This document shows positions 38,994 to 52,340 of a DNA stretch of 64,000 nt, piece after piece. The position numbers and the translations under genes are program-made. The stretch covers positions 62,001 to 126,000 of the forward strand of contig CAJNYD010000242.1 of assembly GCA_905331295.1 (NCBI GenBank), given 5' to 3'. Origin of the DNA: Rotaria socialis. Its lineage: Eukaryota. Numbering within the stretch: the first letter of the stretch is position 1; every line of letters begins with the position of its first letter. A model generated the notes under the pieces. The model worked only from the letters and a program-made list of their open reading frames with translations. It was not told the DNA's origin and did not search any database.

Positions 38994-39910
38994 CGGTGCA
39001 AAAGTCTTTGCAATAATGCCAAACGTTGTTAGACTATGTTGGAGATTTTTAATTCAGCCGAGTTTTTTCTTGTTGGAAAGAGCAGTGTCTGTACTTCAAA
39101 TTTTGTGCCAAACATATTTTTCTAGGACGAATCTGGAAATGAGGAAAAGGCAAAAACTAAACGCATGAAAAAAGGTTCTCGCAACTTCACCATCCAGCAG
39201 TATCATTTTCTATTTCTATTGAATTTTTTTAAAGTGAAAAACAGAATAAATCACGATCAATGATGATTTTTGTAGCGTAAAGGACGCTCTTTCCAATGAT
39301 GTATTGAAAGGTAAATTTAGTTTTAGTTTTTGTACTGAAATGTTGCTTTTTTCGAGAGAGACTGACAAATTTGGTCGTTCACGCAATGTGACCATTTTGA
39401 AACTGCAAAAGAGATTTGTTAAGTTATTTTTGCTGCCGAGTTTCTAAGGTCTGATATACTTCGCATAAATAATGCGAACAAATAAAGTTCATACATGCTT
39501 CCTGGTAGATATTCTTGAAATTGATAGTTTTTTTCAATGAGTATCCTTTTACAAAAATTTCGTTTTTCAATTTTTCTTATGAACGACTCGAGAATGAATC
39601 AAAAAATCTTCCACAAGCTGGAATCGATAGAGTTTTTGCAACTCTTCATTGTGGTGTATGTTTTGTTAAAATTCTACTCATGTAGTCTAAGATATTTCTG
39701 AAATACCGATTTTTCTAGGTTGCACGAACGTTTTTTCATGCGTTTAGTTTTTGCCTTTTCCTCACTTCCAGATTCGTCCTAGAAAAATATGTTTGGCACA
39801 AAATTTGAAGTACAGACACTGCTCTTTCCAACAAGAAAAAACTCAGCTGAATTAAAAATCTCCAACATGGTCTAACAGCGTTTGACATTATTGCAAAGAC
39901 TTTTGCACCG
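38994..39910. mobile_element. Non-autonomous Tc1/mariner-type element with about 180-bp TIRs
   Basis: cggtgcaaaagtctttgcaataatg... mirrored by ...cattattgcaaagacttttgcaccg. Right flank is TA; left flank reads TG. Confidence 0.88.
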
Positions 39911-40612
39911 TATGTTATCATCAATGACAATAATAATAATGTATCTTACATTCACCTCGTTTTCTTGAAGTTCTCATAATTTTTCACACTCATTTTCACA
40001 GGATATCATCACTCCTGGCAACATCATTAAAAGTAGCTATGAGTATAACTGTTATTCTCAAGTCGAAATAGAATTAAGTTGCAAATAAAAAAAAGTAAAT
40101 CAGACAATGATTGGAACGTCCTTAGATCATGTGCTGCAAAATTTAAGTATCAATAGTCTACTACAGTTTTTTCTTTTCATGCTGTACTCAAATCATAGTG
40201 TGATATTTTGACTGATTATACGTAAAATGATGTTGATCACTCGATAGTAATTATTTTGCATGTAGAGAAATCTTAGCAACGCACGTAGCATCGCAACGAA
40301 AAGCTGAGACTACACATTTACTAATAAGACTCCAAATATCAGCAAGCTTTCTAGTAGTCAACTTCGAGTCGAAACTCATAGCAAACAAGGACTCAGAAAA
40401 AACGGAAACAAATAGCATGCTACAAGATTAGAATGAGCAATCAATATTTTATTTAAAAAGAATTAAGTAATGATGTCTTATCGATTTTGCCTGTAGTGAA
40501 CTCTACTTATAAAAGTTTCTAGACATCTTTCTCTCTCGTTTTGTCTCTCATTCAAATGTACAGTTTGTAAGCCTGTTCATTTATTGCTAATGTTTTACTA
40601 TGACTTCAGTCC

Positions 40613-41197
40613 TTAACCAACTCGTCGTAATTGATTAGCGTAATCGCGAATAGCCAAACTAAGCAGATAGACACTGTCTGGAATTATATTCGAATAAATA
40701 TGCATATCGTATTGATTGACCCAAATCAATGATTGAACGCGCATGTGAAATTTTGCCAAACAAGTGTGATCGCTTTGATTTCCATCATAGAAGGAAGTTG
40801 TGAGCGAAGCAGGTTCCGTATCCATAGACAGACGAGTGTCATTCCATGAGATAGTCCAATGCTGACCTAATATTTGATAATGCTGAACGATAGTACCTTT
40901 GAGCCATTTTTTAGTATCTAAATTACGTATTTTCAATGTACCTTGGTAAACTGCTCCTTTTTTCGATGAATACGCTTTGCCGACCGCTCTTTTTGATGGG
41001 TAGGCAACGAGTTCAATTGATTGTCCAAAACTTATATACGACTCAAGACGATACTGAAGATTCTTGCCAGTTCGATCATAAATAGAAAATTCTCTCGCTT
41101 TAAATCCTTGATAAAAATCCTCTTCAATGACATATTGACGTTCTGGTGTTTGGGCTAGAATAATATGGACTAGAACTAAGATGATAATCCGAATCAT
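40613..41197 (-). CDS. Secreted protein, possibly Tubby-C/LURP-one/scramblase-like fold
   Basis: Intronless 194 aa with signal peptide MIRIIILVLVHIILA, alternating beta-strand pattern (FSIYDRTGKNLQYRLES) and one C-terminal hydrophobic helix (DSVYLLSLAIRD). Confidence 0.65.
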   Translation of the reverse strand: MIRIIILVLVHIILAQTPERQYVIEEDFYQGFKAREFSIYDRTGKNLQYRLESYISFGQSIELVAYPSKRAVGKAYSSKKGAVYQGTLKIRNLDTKKWLKGTIVQHYQILGQHWTISWNDTRLSMDTEPASLTTSFYDGNQSDHTCLAKFHMRVQSLIWVNQYDMHIYSNIIPDSVYLLSLAIRDYANQLRRVG

Positions 41198-42326
41198 CTT
41201 GAATGATTATAATAGATATCTAAAAAAAAGTAAATAACTGGAAAAAAAACGAGCGATGGCACTGAAAAGTGAACGATGAAAGCTACAAGTTATAGTGCAC
41301 TTTTCGATTCTTCATCATCCATTATAAACAAAAGGTTATCCTAGTGCACAATTACATCTTTGCAAGTGAGAAGAAGAAAAAATCCCGTAACATGATACTA
41401 TAGATATGATTAATTTCTTTTCTTAACTTATTTTCTTCGTTAAAAGCCATGTGATTGAAATTCATTGAAGCATTGATATGATTAGGCAAAAAATCCATGA
41501 TTTAGGTTATTTTTATTTCAGAAGACGTTTAAAATAATTTACGTAAATAAAAAAATATACTAGAAAACGATGATAACATGATGAATAGGTTGAAAGTATA
41601 AAGCGTTCGAACATAAGCCATTTTCTCTTATTGCTTCTTCGGTTTTCATTATTTGGAATTTGGAATAGAAAACGAAGTCTCAAAATATTCGACTGTTTCA
41701 TCAAATCATTTGTATGTAAACTAATATCCAATATTATACACCGGAAAAGCAGATGTTGCCAAAGAATGTAAGCATTGAGTTAGAAGATAAGAAAAATGAA
41801 GTTGTTTTATTTATTGAACACAATTAAAGATCTTATTACCTGTATCATCATGCCCTTGTACAAATAACAAAAGTCGATAGAATTTCTTTACAAACATTAC
41901 AACCACTTGTTTTTTCGGTAACAAAGAAATTTCAATTAATTGTAGAGAAAAAGTCCATTTTTGTTTGAGCTTTTTGTATGAGACAATAGCATCGATTACT
42001 CGCGTAGAAAACCCTGTTCAGTTCAAAAATAAAGTGAACTACATTTCTAACAAGAAAAATAACATTCGCAGAAGAATGCTCATTTTTTACACATACTATT
42101 TATCGGTAGAAATTTTATTTTTTATACTTCTTGAGACGTTATGTCTAATTTCATTTAATTTCTTCATCGATTGTTAAATCTGTCCCACCATGTATATTCT
42201 AGAAACAAGAACAACAAACAATACCTCTTGTAGCATCTCTTCATGTCAATGCAAAATTAGACTATAGTATCTCTGATCGTGCTATTTGTGATGAATTAGT
42301 AGGTGTAAATCCCATCACAAAAAAAG

Positions 42327-42630
42327 GAATGGATAGGTTGTCTTGATTCAATTATAGATGAATATGATTTCTCAAGCATTTTTAATGTCGATGAATCAAA
42401 TCTCTTTTTCAAAGCATTCCTGGTGAAATTATATGTTTTAAATAAAGACGAATGCGACAGAGAAAAAAATTTGAAAGAAAAATTTTTCAGTTTTGTTAGA
42501 TAATTTTCTATTAAAATTGTTATACGTAATGTTAAACTACAATGACTGCAATTAATGCAGTGTCTTGGATTGATTCAACATGGAAATCTACCACTGATAC
42601 GACAACTAAAAAGGCGTTATCAGCTGCGGC
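42327..42630 (+). mobile_element. pogo/Tigger (DDE_1) transposase relic
   Basis: Translates as EWIGCLDSIIDEYDFSSIFNVDESNLFFKA...ECDREKNLKE (cf. IFNxDETGLFFK...CxGGKxSKER) and, after a deletion, TAINAVSWIDSTWKSTTDTT. Confidence 0.7.
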
Positions 42631-43710
42631 CCAGATCAAGTAGGCACGATCGTAAACTACCGTATGCGAAGTCCAGAATCCTCGACCTGTTTACTTCCAA
42701 AGCATGACAAAAAAAACTAATGATAAAATAGATGCACTTTTTTCTGCAAATGAAATTAATGGTGAAGCGTTATTTTTCGTATTCTATTATTTTTTTTATC
42801 TTGTAATTTGTTCAATCTAAAGTTTGTGCCATCTGGCATTTTTGATTTTATACTCATGTATGCGATGCTATGTTGTGTTTTATTCATATTCGACGAAGTC
42901 ATTTGATTTCGTATCATTGTTTTTTCCTTTCGGTTTTTGTGATTGAATTGGATTAATATAATAAATTTACTGTAGAAAGAAATTGTTCAGCTTCTTTTTT
43001 TTAACAAAATGGAGAAATGGCAAAATTTTTAGAAACTTGTAAGTTTGTTGAATTAATGGAAGTTTTTATGAACACTTAGTATAAACAAGATTGTCTTACA
43101 AGTGCAGGAAAGGTTTAGTTGTCTGTGAAGCGACTTCAATCGACGAGATCCGAAAGCGAAACTATAGTGTACTACTTTTTTCTAGAAGTATTTTTAGGAT
43201 TTCATTATATTTTGTATCATTGCCTCCATATTCTTTATCATATATTGAAATATATGTGATCAAGAAAAAAAAACAAGAAATATATAAAATATTTTATATA
43301 AAAATTCATCAACTAGAACTTTAATCATGCATTTTGCAACGTATGAATATTGATTAAGTGCGGATTCAGAATCTGGGTGTGAGCGTCTCTGTTGATAATC
43401 ACCGAATCGAGACAAACGCTCTTACATGGTTATACCTCACGCCTGCATCCATCTACTATCATGAAAAAAACCAGTATGATTCAAGTTTCGTGCTTGCGTC
43501 ACATTGTATGACTAATATCGCTTTTCCTTGTATACCATAGAAGAAAAAACAAAAAAATGCTTTTGTCACAAACACAAAAAATCGCGAAGAAGTAAGAAAC
43601 GAAACGAAACGAAACAAATTGATTTTGGTGAGCTTCCACATGTACCGCTGTATTATTAACGTATTTTGTTTTTGCAAAAGTTGTCAGGACTGAAATAAAA
43701 CAAGTCAGAT

Positions 43711-46700
43711 ATGCAAACTTCTTCTCGAGGTGGAATTCGACATCATCTCGTCATCTGGCTCGATCCCAATGCTCATAGATCAGCCAATTATGATAAATCT
43801 TGTGAGTTTATACGTGCCATCGTCAATTCTATCGAAGCATTTTCTGATCCCGATAAATGCATTGATTTTCTTACCGATCGAGATGATTCCGATGAACAAG
43901 TCGTTCTCATTTTATCCGAGACATTTAGTGAAAATATTATTCCATTAATTCACGCAATACCACAATTACATTACATTTATATACATGGTACAGATATAGA
44001 TCAGTCGAAAAACGTTTCCTGGACAAGTGGGTACGAGAAAGTCAGAGGTCAACTATGGGAAAATCTTCAATCTATAGGTGAACAGCTGAAAAAGGATATT
44101 ATTCAATGTCAAAATGAATCTGAAGCTATTTCATTTGTCTCAGCATCAGAAATTGCAGCTGGGAATCGTCAAGATCCATCATTTATCTATACCCAATTAC
44201 TCAAAGAAATTTTATTGACGAATTATCTAACTGATTCGGAAGAGGAAGCACGATGTCAAATGATTGAGTTTTGTCGAAGAATTTATATGAATAATGCAGC
44301 TGAACTTCGGGTGATAGATGAATTCGAGCGAGAATTCTTTCCCGAACAATCTGTCCATTGGTATACGCGAGAATGTTTTCTCCATATAATGCTAAACAAA
44401 GCATTGCGCAGTCCCGAGCCAGATATTCTTTATAAATTTCGTTATTTTCTTCGTCATCTCAATGAACAAATAAGAATCATAGCTGCTCAACAATGTATAT
44501 CGCAAAAGTCGATCACTGTATTTCGCGGTCAAGGTATGCCAACTGATGAATTCAATAAACTGAAGAATGGCATCGGTGGTCTTCTCTCGTTTAGAAGCTT
44601 TCTTTCTACAAGTCTCGATTCAGAGGTAGCATTCGCATTTGCGGAACCATTCAAATATATTTCCGATCAAACATCGATCGTATTTTTAATGAATATCGAT
44701 CCAAGCATTAAACAATATCCATTTATTCACGTCGATAATATGAGTTATTATCAAAGTAGCGAACAGGAAATCTTGTTCACCGTGGGAACCGTTTTTCGTA
44801 TTGATGCTGTTGAAAAATTGAAAGACGATCAATGGCAAGTACGTTTAACTTCAAGTAATGACATTGACATGAATCTAGTTCAATATATGGAGTATACACG
44901 TAAGCGAACACGTTGTAGTCATCCATTGATAGGCTTAGTGAAGCTCGCTGATGAAATGGGTCAGTACAAGATGATAGATCGGTTGGCACAGATTTTTACT
45001 GAGAATGATTTTCCTTCTCAAATTCCATCTGTAATGAATCAAATGCGACATGCACTGGGCTCGGCATATTTATCGGCAGGAAATCGAACGAATGCTCTTA
45101 CACACTTACAAGAAGCACTGAATATCTATTTGGAGTACTTACCATCCGATGATCAAAGTCTTTCGTCAACATATAATAATATTGGCAGTGTTTATCATAC
45201 TTCTAAAGACTATGAGATGGCACTCACATATTATCAGCTAGCACTTGACTGTCAATTGAATTCACAAGATCCAGATTTCGATTCTAGTGCTACCTATTCC
45301 ATGAATTTGGCCGCTGTTTATGAAGCTCTAGGACGCTACGATGAAGTATCAGCATGTCAAAAACAGGCGTTAAAATTTCGGCAACAAAATCATGGCGAAA
45401 ATGACTTGACACTACTGGATATGTATAGTGCAATAGGACGGGCGTGCTACAAAAAGCAAGATTACGCAGAAGCAGGTTAGTCATTGTGTATTAATCAGTG
45501 GATTCATAGTGTCTTTTCATATGTCAATCAGTCAGTAATAAAAAAAATACTCAAACAACAAGGCGGAAGAGGCGTGAGAGATTCTCAGTGTTGAATTTCT
45601 TACAAACAGTATTGTTTTTTCTTTAGCAACATATAATGAAAAAGCATTGGAAATTCAAGAGATGACTTCAAGTGCTAATCCGGTGTCTTCCATCAATTTT
45701 CTCCTATCGACTGGACAAATATGTCTATCACAAGGTCAATATAATGATGCTATTGATTATTTTATGCGTGCGCTAGATCTACAGACACAGTATTTATTGT
45801 CGAATAATCCATCGTTTTCAAAAACATATCATAATCTCGGTTGCGCATACTATCGGCAAGACAAATTCGCTGAATCAATACCATACTATCAGAAAGGACT
45901 GGATATTGAACTGAACTCGCTAGCTGATGATCATTCAGCGATTGCTAGCAGTTATTTTAACTTGTCAACTGCTTATGCAGGAATCCTACAATATGATGAA
46001 GCATTACAATGTGCACGCAAAGCAGTGGAACAATTACGAAAAAGACCCGATCCGAGTACATTGGAATTAAGCCAGTACATTATTCAAATAGGAATTGTTC
46101 TTGATAAGCAGACCAAATATTCTGAAGCCATTGCCTATTACCAAGAAAGTATAGCTGTTAATGTTAGTGTTGTCGGCGATAGTAATGCATCGCTAGCTAG
46201 CGACTACTATCGTATAGCCGAGACTTATGTGAAATTAGATAACCATTTGGATGCATTAGCTTTCTACCAAAAAGCATTGGAGATTGAACAAAATACTCTA
46301 GCCGATGATCATTCATCTATTGCTGTTACACATTTTAAAATCTCAAAGGCACACATGGAAATGGCACAATATGATGAAGCCCTCAAACATGCACACCAAG
46401 CAATAGAACAACTACGGAAGTGTTCGGATTTGGGCATAGCTGCACTTGGCCCGATGATTCTCCATGCTGGATATAATCTTTATCAGCAAAACAAGTGTTT
46501 CGAAGCTGTTCGTTATTATGAAGAAGCTCTTTCACTCTGTGTAGCTTATATGCCTGAAAATGACCCACAATTAGCGACCATATATTATAGAATAGCCAGT
46601 GCTTATTTCGAGTTGGGTAATTTCACTGAGGCACTGCTTTACTATCAAAACACATTGGAAAACGAATTGCTGACCTTACCTAGCAATGCACCTACAATTG

Positions 46701-46867
46701 CTACGACCTATGAACACTTGGCTGCCACTCTTGTTTGTCTTCGGAGATTCAATGAAGCAATCGATGCCTACCTGAAAGGGATCGATCAACTTTTAAAGAC
46801 ACATCCATTGGATCATCAAGATGTAAATAAACTGCGCATAGCTTTGGAAACAATCATGGCTCAGTAA
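43711..46867 (+). CDS. NAD-arginine-type (R-S-E) ADP-ribosyltransferase with TPR array; 2 exons 43711-45475 and 45627-46867 (1001 aa)
   Basis: N-terminal receiver-like alpha/beta domain (LVIWLD). WYTRE, VFRGQG, FLSTS and EQEILF ART motifs. Many TPRs (TYNNIGSVY, TYHNLGCAY). Phase-1 intron gcag|gttagt...ctttag|ca joins the two ORFs in frame. Confidence 0.92.
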
Positions 46868-47019
46868 GTTGAAATTTTTAGGAAATTCAGATAAAACGAT
46901 TTTGAGAAAAATAAGGACAATATCTTTTCCGGACTGGATTAGGTTGTATCGTTAGATGATGTATGAAATTTTCGAAGAAACGCCATTTAACAGATGATTT
47001 GATAAGTACTTTTCAGCAG

Positions 47020-47772
47020 TGTCATTATTCCAAAATTCTAGAATTTTCATAGAATTACCGGAATAATAAGAATTATGAGAATAACTAGAATTTTAGAGTA
47101 GTGAACTAGCCTGAAGTATGAAATTTTTAGCGTTTGAGAGAGGCATACTTCTTGAGTTTGGCATAATGAGAATTTCAAGATAAGCATAAAGTTTAAGAGT
47201 GCCAAATTATTAAGAATACAACATTGTACTCGATTTGTTGATTGTCGTAACTTATAATCAAATATTGTGGGAATTTGTAGACCTATAATAAAAAAAAGTC
47301 TACTATTCATGTAAATTCGCATAATAGATGGCATAAAACACACATGGAGAATTCATTGTTTTAAAACTGTATGCATGGATAATAACTTGTACATCAAACT
47401 AAATCAAATAGTACAGTTTTTTTTAATATTGCAGCTGTACAAATTATCACAATCAACAATCAACAAATCGAGTGTAATTTTGTATTCTTAATAATTTGCA
47501 CTCTTAAAATTTATACTTATTTTGAAATGCTCATTATTACAAACTCGAGAAGTATAGTTCTCTCAAACCCTAAAAATGTCACCTATCGGGCTAGTTTACT
47601 ACTCTAAAATCTGATAATTCTAAAATTGTGATTATTCTAAAATTCTAATCATTCTAAAATTCCGATAATTCTAGTTATTGTGAAGTTCTCATTATTCTAC
47701 AATTCGAATATTCTGATTAATTCGAATGATTTCAGAATTCTATGAAAATTCTAGAATCTTGGAATAATGACA
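47020..47772. mobile_element. Foldback element with long inverted arms and internal 9-bp tandem repeats
   Basis: tgtcattattccaaaattctagaattttcatagaatt / aattctatgaaaattctagaatcttggaataatgaca. Inverted similarity continues inward (47210-47245 vs 47455-47490). (attctaaaa)n-like array at 47600-47740. No clear TSD. Confidence 0.8.
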
Positions 47773-50470
47773 GGACTCTTATTTACCCTATTTTCTATTC
47801 TAGATCCATCGACAACGTCCAGAACGATAAATGATGATTTTTGCTTTCTTAGTTTTTATAATCATACATTTGTTTTTTTTGTGTATTGAATTTTCTCGGA
47901 TCGGGAATTCACACATGTGGTTCTGTCCTTCAAGCTTGTTTTTATTTATAACAAGAAGCTAATGATAGTTAATGAGCAGTTTCCCAACTAGTGATAATAA
48001 TATTCTTATCAAAATTTGTGGCACACTTGTGAGTGTGCATGAGATTTGATGGGTGTTTGTACATGTTGATGTCGGTCACACATCCATCTATCCACATCGC
48101 TCGAATGTAGCCTCATTTCAAACAAGAAATAATGAATTTTCAATATTGGCCAACTTCATATCATCGGTTATTTGTTTAAAATGTTGACATATTCCCACTA
48201 CTGAAAGGAGGGTATTACGAAAAACGAGTTAAATGCATTTGTTCGTTCGTTCAATAGGAAAGCAGATGCATAAACTTAACTAAACTCAAGCAAAATCTGT
48301 AGAAATAGGTTTTACCGAAGGTAATCGGGGTGGGAAACACAGTGGTGTTGTTAGTTTTTTGAAATTTTGTAGTTCAAGCAAGTTTATAATCAATTAGGAG
48401 CAGTTTATATCGTCGCATTTTCGTGATAGGAATTCTTTGTAGGGGAACTTTTTTGAGGGTACCATTCGATGGTGTTTATAGTGTTAGATGTATCGTATGG
48501 TTATGTGAAATCTTATTACGAATATGTTATAGTCATCTTGCGGTGGAATTGATTCTCAATTTGGCAACGACTAGCCGCTCACCTGCACTAACGTAAGACG
48601 TTGAAAGCTTTTTTCAAAGTCTTAGTTTATTCTTGGTATGTCAACTTTTATTGTAGCACGAGGAATTTATTCAAGCTTAACTCCTAGAATTCTAGATTAG
48701 GACATCTACGAACGGCGCGAACTGGATAAGTACTCAGGAATCTTGTCTTATTCTTCTCTAAATTGTGAGTAACTTATCGCATATGTAGATGAAACTGAAT
48801 TAAATTAGTCCCATAACAGTTGTTTTTGGGTTTCTTGAAAATTCTCTTTGTTTTCATCTAATAATTATATAATGAAGCGAAGTTTTCAATCAATCATGCA
48901 GTGTTCAAAAGGACAATGTTTACCGCATATATGAAACAAAACTAGCGGAGGCGGCTAGTCGTGAGTGGTGCCGACGAACGACTAGCCGCTCAGTTAAAAA
49001 TCTGTTGTGATTATAAGACTACAGGCCTTGCAGGCTTATTGAATAGTTACACGTTGTCTCCATCAGAAAAGTTGAAACAATTTTCGAAAATGGTAAATAT
49101 CTTCAAGTTATTCCGAAGAAAGGTCATGAGATAATTGCTCAAGTTGTGTGAAATATTTGAAATTTATATTTGTCGTGATTATCTTAATAAATTTAGTTTT
49201 TCCTGATTGCGTGTGGATTTGATTCAAAAGATGTAAATGTTAGACTTATCTATCTGTGAACGTGCACGAGGGAATGAACATATGCATTCTAGACGGAAAA
49301 CGCACCGAAGCAAAATAAATCCAGATGGATTTGAGCAAAAATGAGGATAAAGCTAACCGAGATCGAGTTAGAAAAAGTCACTTTGATTTGATCTATGATT
49401 TACTTGTGCAGATTCATGTTAAATATCTAGTTCATAGACCAATTTGAGTTGTAACTTTACTAAAATGGAGTATTTCGATTATAGCTCTCCTGAATGGATC
49501 TTTTTCTTCACTCTGTTATCAAGCTGATCGAAAGTTTTTGGAAGCATAGCTTCAGCTGTAGTAGATCGGATGCACTTAAATTCACTATCGCCATAAAGTA
49601 CTAGTAAGTACTACTCAAATATCGTTTTCTTGGTGATACTTCCAAGCAAGTTTTCTATTTGTGCTCGGTTATCAATCATGTTTTCCATGAAAATCATTTC
49701 GAAGCTATAAAATGTAGTCTCTCAGCTAGATAGTTTTGGATAGCTACGTTCTACATGACTAAATCCTTTCAGTAGAGGGTTGGCGACGCTAACGTAGCGT
49801 TACTTTATCTGATTATTCTACAGTTATTTTTGAGAAAAATTTTAATAGAATAAAAATACAAAGTTGATGCTAATCTGGTTACTCATCATCATCAACAAAA
49901 ACTAGCTTACATTTGTTGACATCGAAATCTCATGAAAAAGCTTATGCTAGACGACGAGAAAGAAACGAACGCACGCACGATAGGTGCTGTGAGTTCTTTG
50001 CATTTTGAAATGAGGAGTTGAGCTCTTGTAACAGATCGATCTTTCCATCAACTCGATATTTTTCATCTTTGCAACATGTATCCGATCATGAGAGATCCTT
50101 TACCGCTTAGTAAATTGTAAATGGCATGTTGCGAAATCTTTTTTTGAATTATAAACCTAGGATTAATTTAGAGCAATAGAGAAGAGTTTGAACGACTGGT
50201 TGGTGAAAAAATCACAAACAAATCAATTATGAATCTCTGAACAAAATTGTGTTCTACAGAACACATAGAAAATAGGTGACCAAAGCTTCTTTTAAATGCA
50301 AAATAAAATAGTTATAGCAATTTTTCTGAGACAAACTGAATTCCATTTTACATTTAGCCCCCAGCGACTTAAATCATCGATTCTAGACATTGTTTTCCTC
50401 CAGTGAGAAGAGTAATTATAAACAAAGAATCATGTTAGATTTGAGAAAAACGTTACAAGCACATGAAAAC

Positions 50471-51780
50471 ATGCATCGAAATAACGTTCATCTTGTTGAT
50501 CTACCTAATGAAATAATTATTATTATAGCACAAGAACATAAATAACTAATGAGATTCGTTCAATTTCTGATTTAGTACTAGATCGATTTTGTATTGATAT
50601 ATGTGGCTACGAATTCGTTAACAATGTCAGCTCTCTCATATTTGTGTTCAAAAATAAGAAAACTAATTAGCATACTGATAACACTATTGAAAAAGAATAT
50701 CAATTTCACAGAGAATGTATAGAGAATAGTTTGGATTGTTCCTTCGATAATTATATGCAATTTTTATCATATCTTTTATTTAGATTACGAATATTGTCTC
50801 AATAGTATTATTTCACTTGTAGACTGCGTAAATATTACAATTTGTCATCTTGAATTCAAGTTGATCAAATAATTGTTGTTATTTAATAAAAAAAACAAAA
50901 TTTGATCGAACAAAATGTAACTTTCAGATTTTAATCCTGAATTATTTCATCTTTTTCATTACTTGCTCTTTACTGTTTCTTTTTAAATATTGAAACTGAT
51001 TATTCCACTTTTATCGGTTGGATAATAAGATAAATATGACAATACTGATCGAACCATTGATCATCGTTTTTAATGGTAAACTAAGAAGAGCTACGAAAAA
51101 TTGTAACAAATTGACTAAGTAATTCTGATGCAAAGCGAATAATTTAATGAGCAATTTTGTATACATGTAAAATAAACCATTATATTTTTTAATCAGAATA
51201 GCTTCAGAATAAATCAAATTTATTTCTCCGTGAAATTATTCAAAAGTTAAACTTGAATATTTAAGAGGTACAGAATTTGTCATTAAACTTACGCAAGAAG
51301 TAATTGTAATTTTGTGATGGAAATAATATATCACGACCAGAATCATTCGTGATAATAAGTGTTGTTAGTGCATATACGATGTAACACGAATTTGAATAAT
51401 ATATAGTCTTTCATAAATTATAGTTGTTTCAAGCCATTGTTGAAAAAAAAGATTACCATTTCTTGACAATGATTTGATGCTGAAATCATACTTCTCATTG
51501 TTAATATTACATTTAACAAAGTTTGCGATGATGATTGTATTAAAACGTGTATGTTGAACATAATTCAAATATATTTTCAAAATTCCGATGATTGAAGTCG
51601 AAATAATTTTTTCAATAAATCTCTAACAATATCTAGATGCAAACCATAGAAGATTTGTTGAAGAGGTTTTTCATCTTGACATGATGATGGTCGAACTACT
51701 TTTAAATATCTAAACTACTTAAATTTATCTTAAAATGAATGAATCCTTACTCTAATTAAGTATTGCTTCCAATTGCTTCC
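50471..51780 (+). pseudogene. Decayed F-box/LRR gene
   Basis: Starts MHRNNVHLVDLPNEIIIII (F-box L-x-D-L-P-x-E-I signature), followed by stops and frameshifted LRR-like segments. End approximate. Confidence 0.55.
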
Positions 51781-52340
51781 AATCGATTAAATGAATATTA
51801 TTATGTTATGCAAGACGAAGTTGTTCAACGTTTAAATGTATAACCAATTGTTGTTTAATTCATGAATATAAGTAATAAACAGTAGAATAATATTCAAACT
51901 AAAAAATAAAGAAAATTAACTACAAGAAAGATTTGTTTTTGTTTTTGTTTTCATGAATTCATTGTTCCATAATATAATGATGTAACAATTAAAAATTGCC
52001 ATTGTGATGGATTTCGATAACCATTTGATGTTGTTGAATTAGTGTTTAACTTCTTTCATTTTGTGAAGGCGAAGAAGAACAACATAAAAGATCAATTAGT
52101 GGTATAGTCAATACTACACGATTTGTTTTTTTGTCATTCTTAGGAATGCTTGTGATCTTTACGATCGATTGCATAGCAATCAATCAAAACCATAGAAGAA
52201 CACTATGTATGTAGTGAGCGGGATGTTGATTTTAGAAATAGAAATGAAATGGATTGATCTCGATTGCTTACCAATTCTCTAATTATCACGAATGACAAAA
52301 ATGACTATACATAGTAATGATTTTCACCGTTAGAAATCAT

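Noticed and set aside
47600..47760. Short regular repeats suggesting a CRISPR or telomeric array
   Set aside because: Degenerate 9-bp tandem units with no spacers, inside a foldback element in a eukaryotic context.
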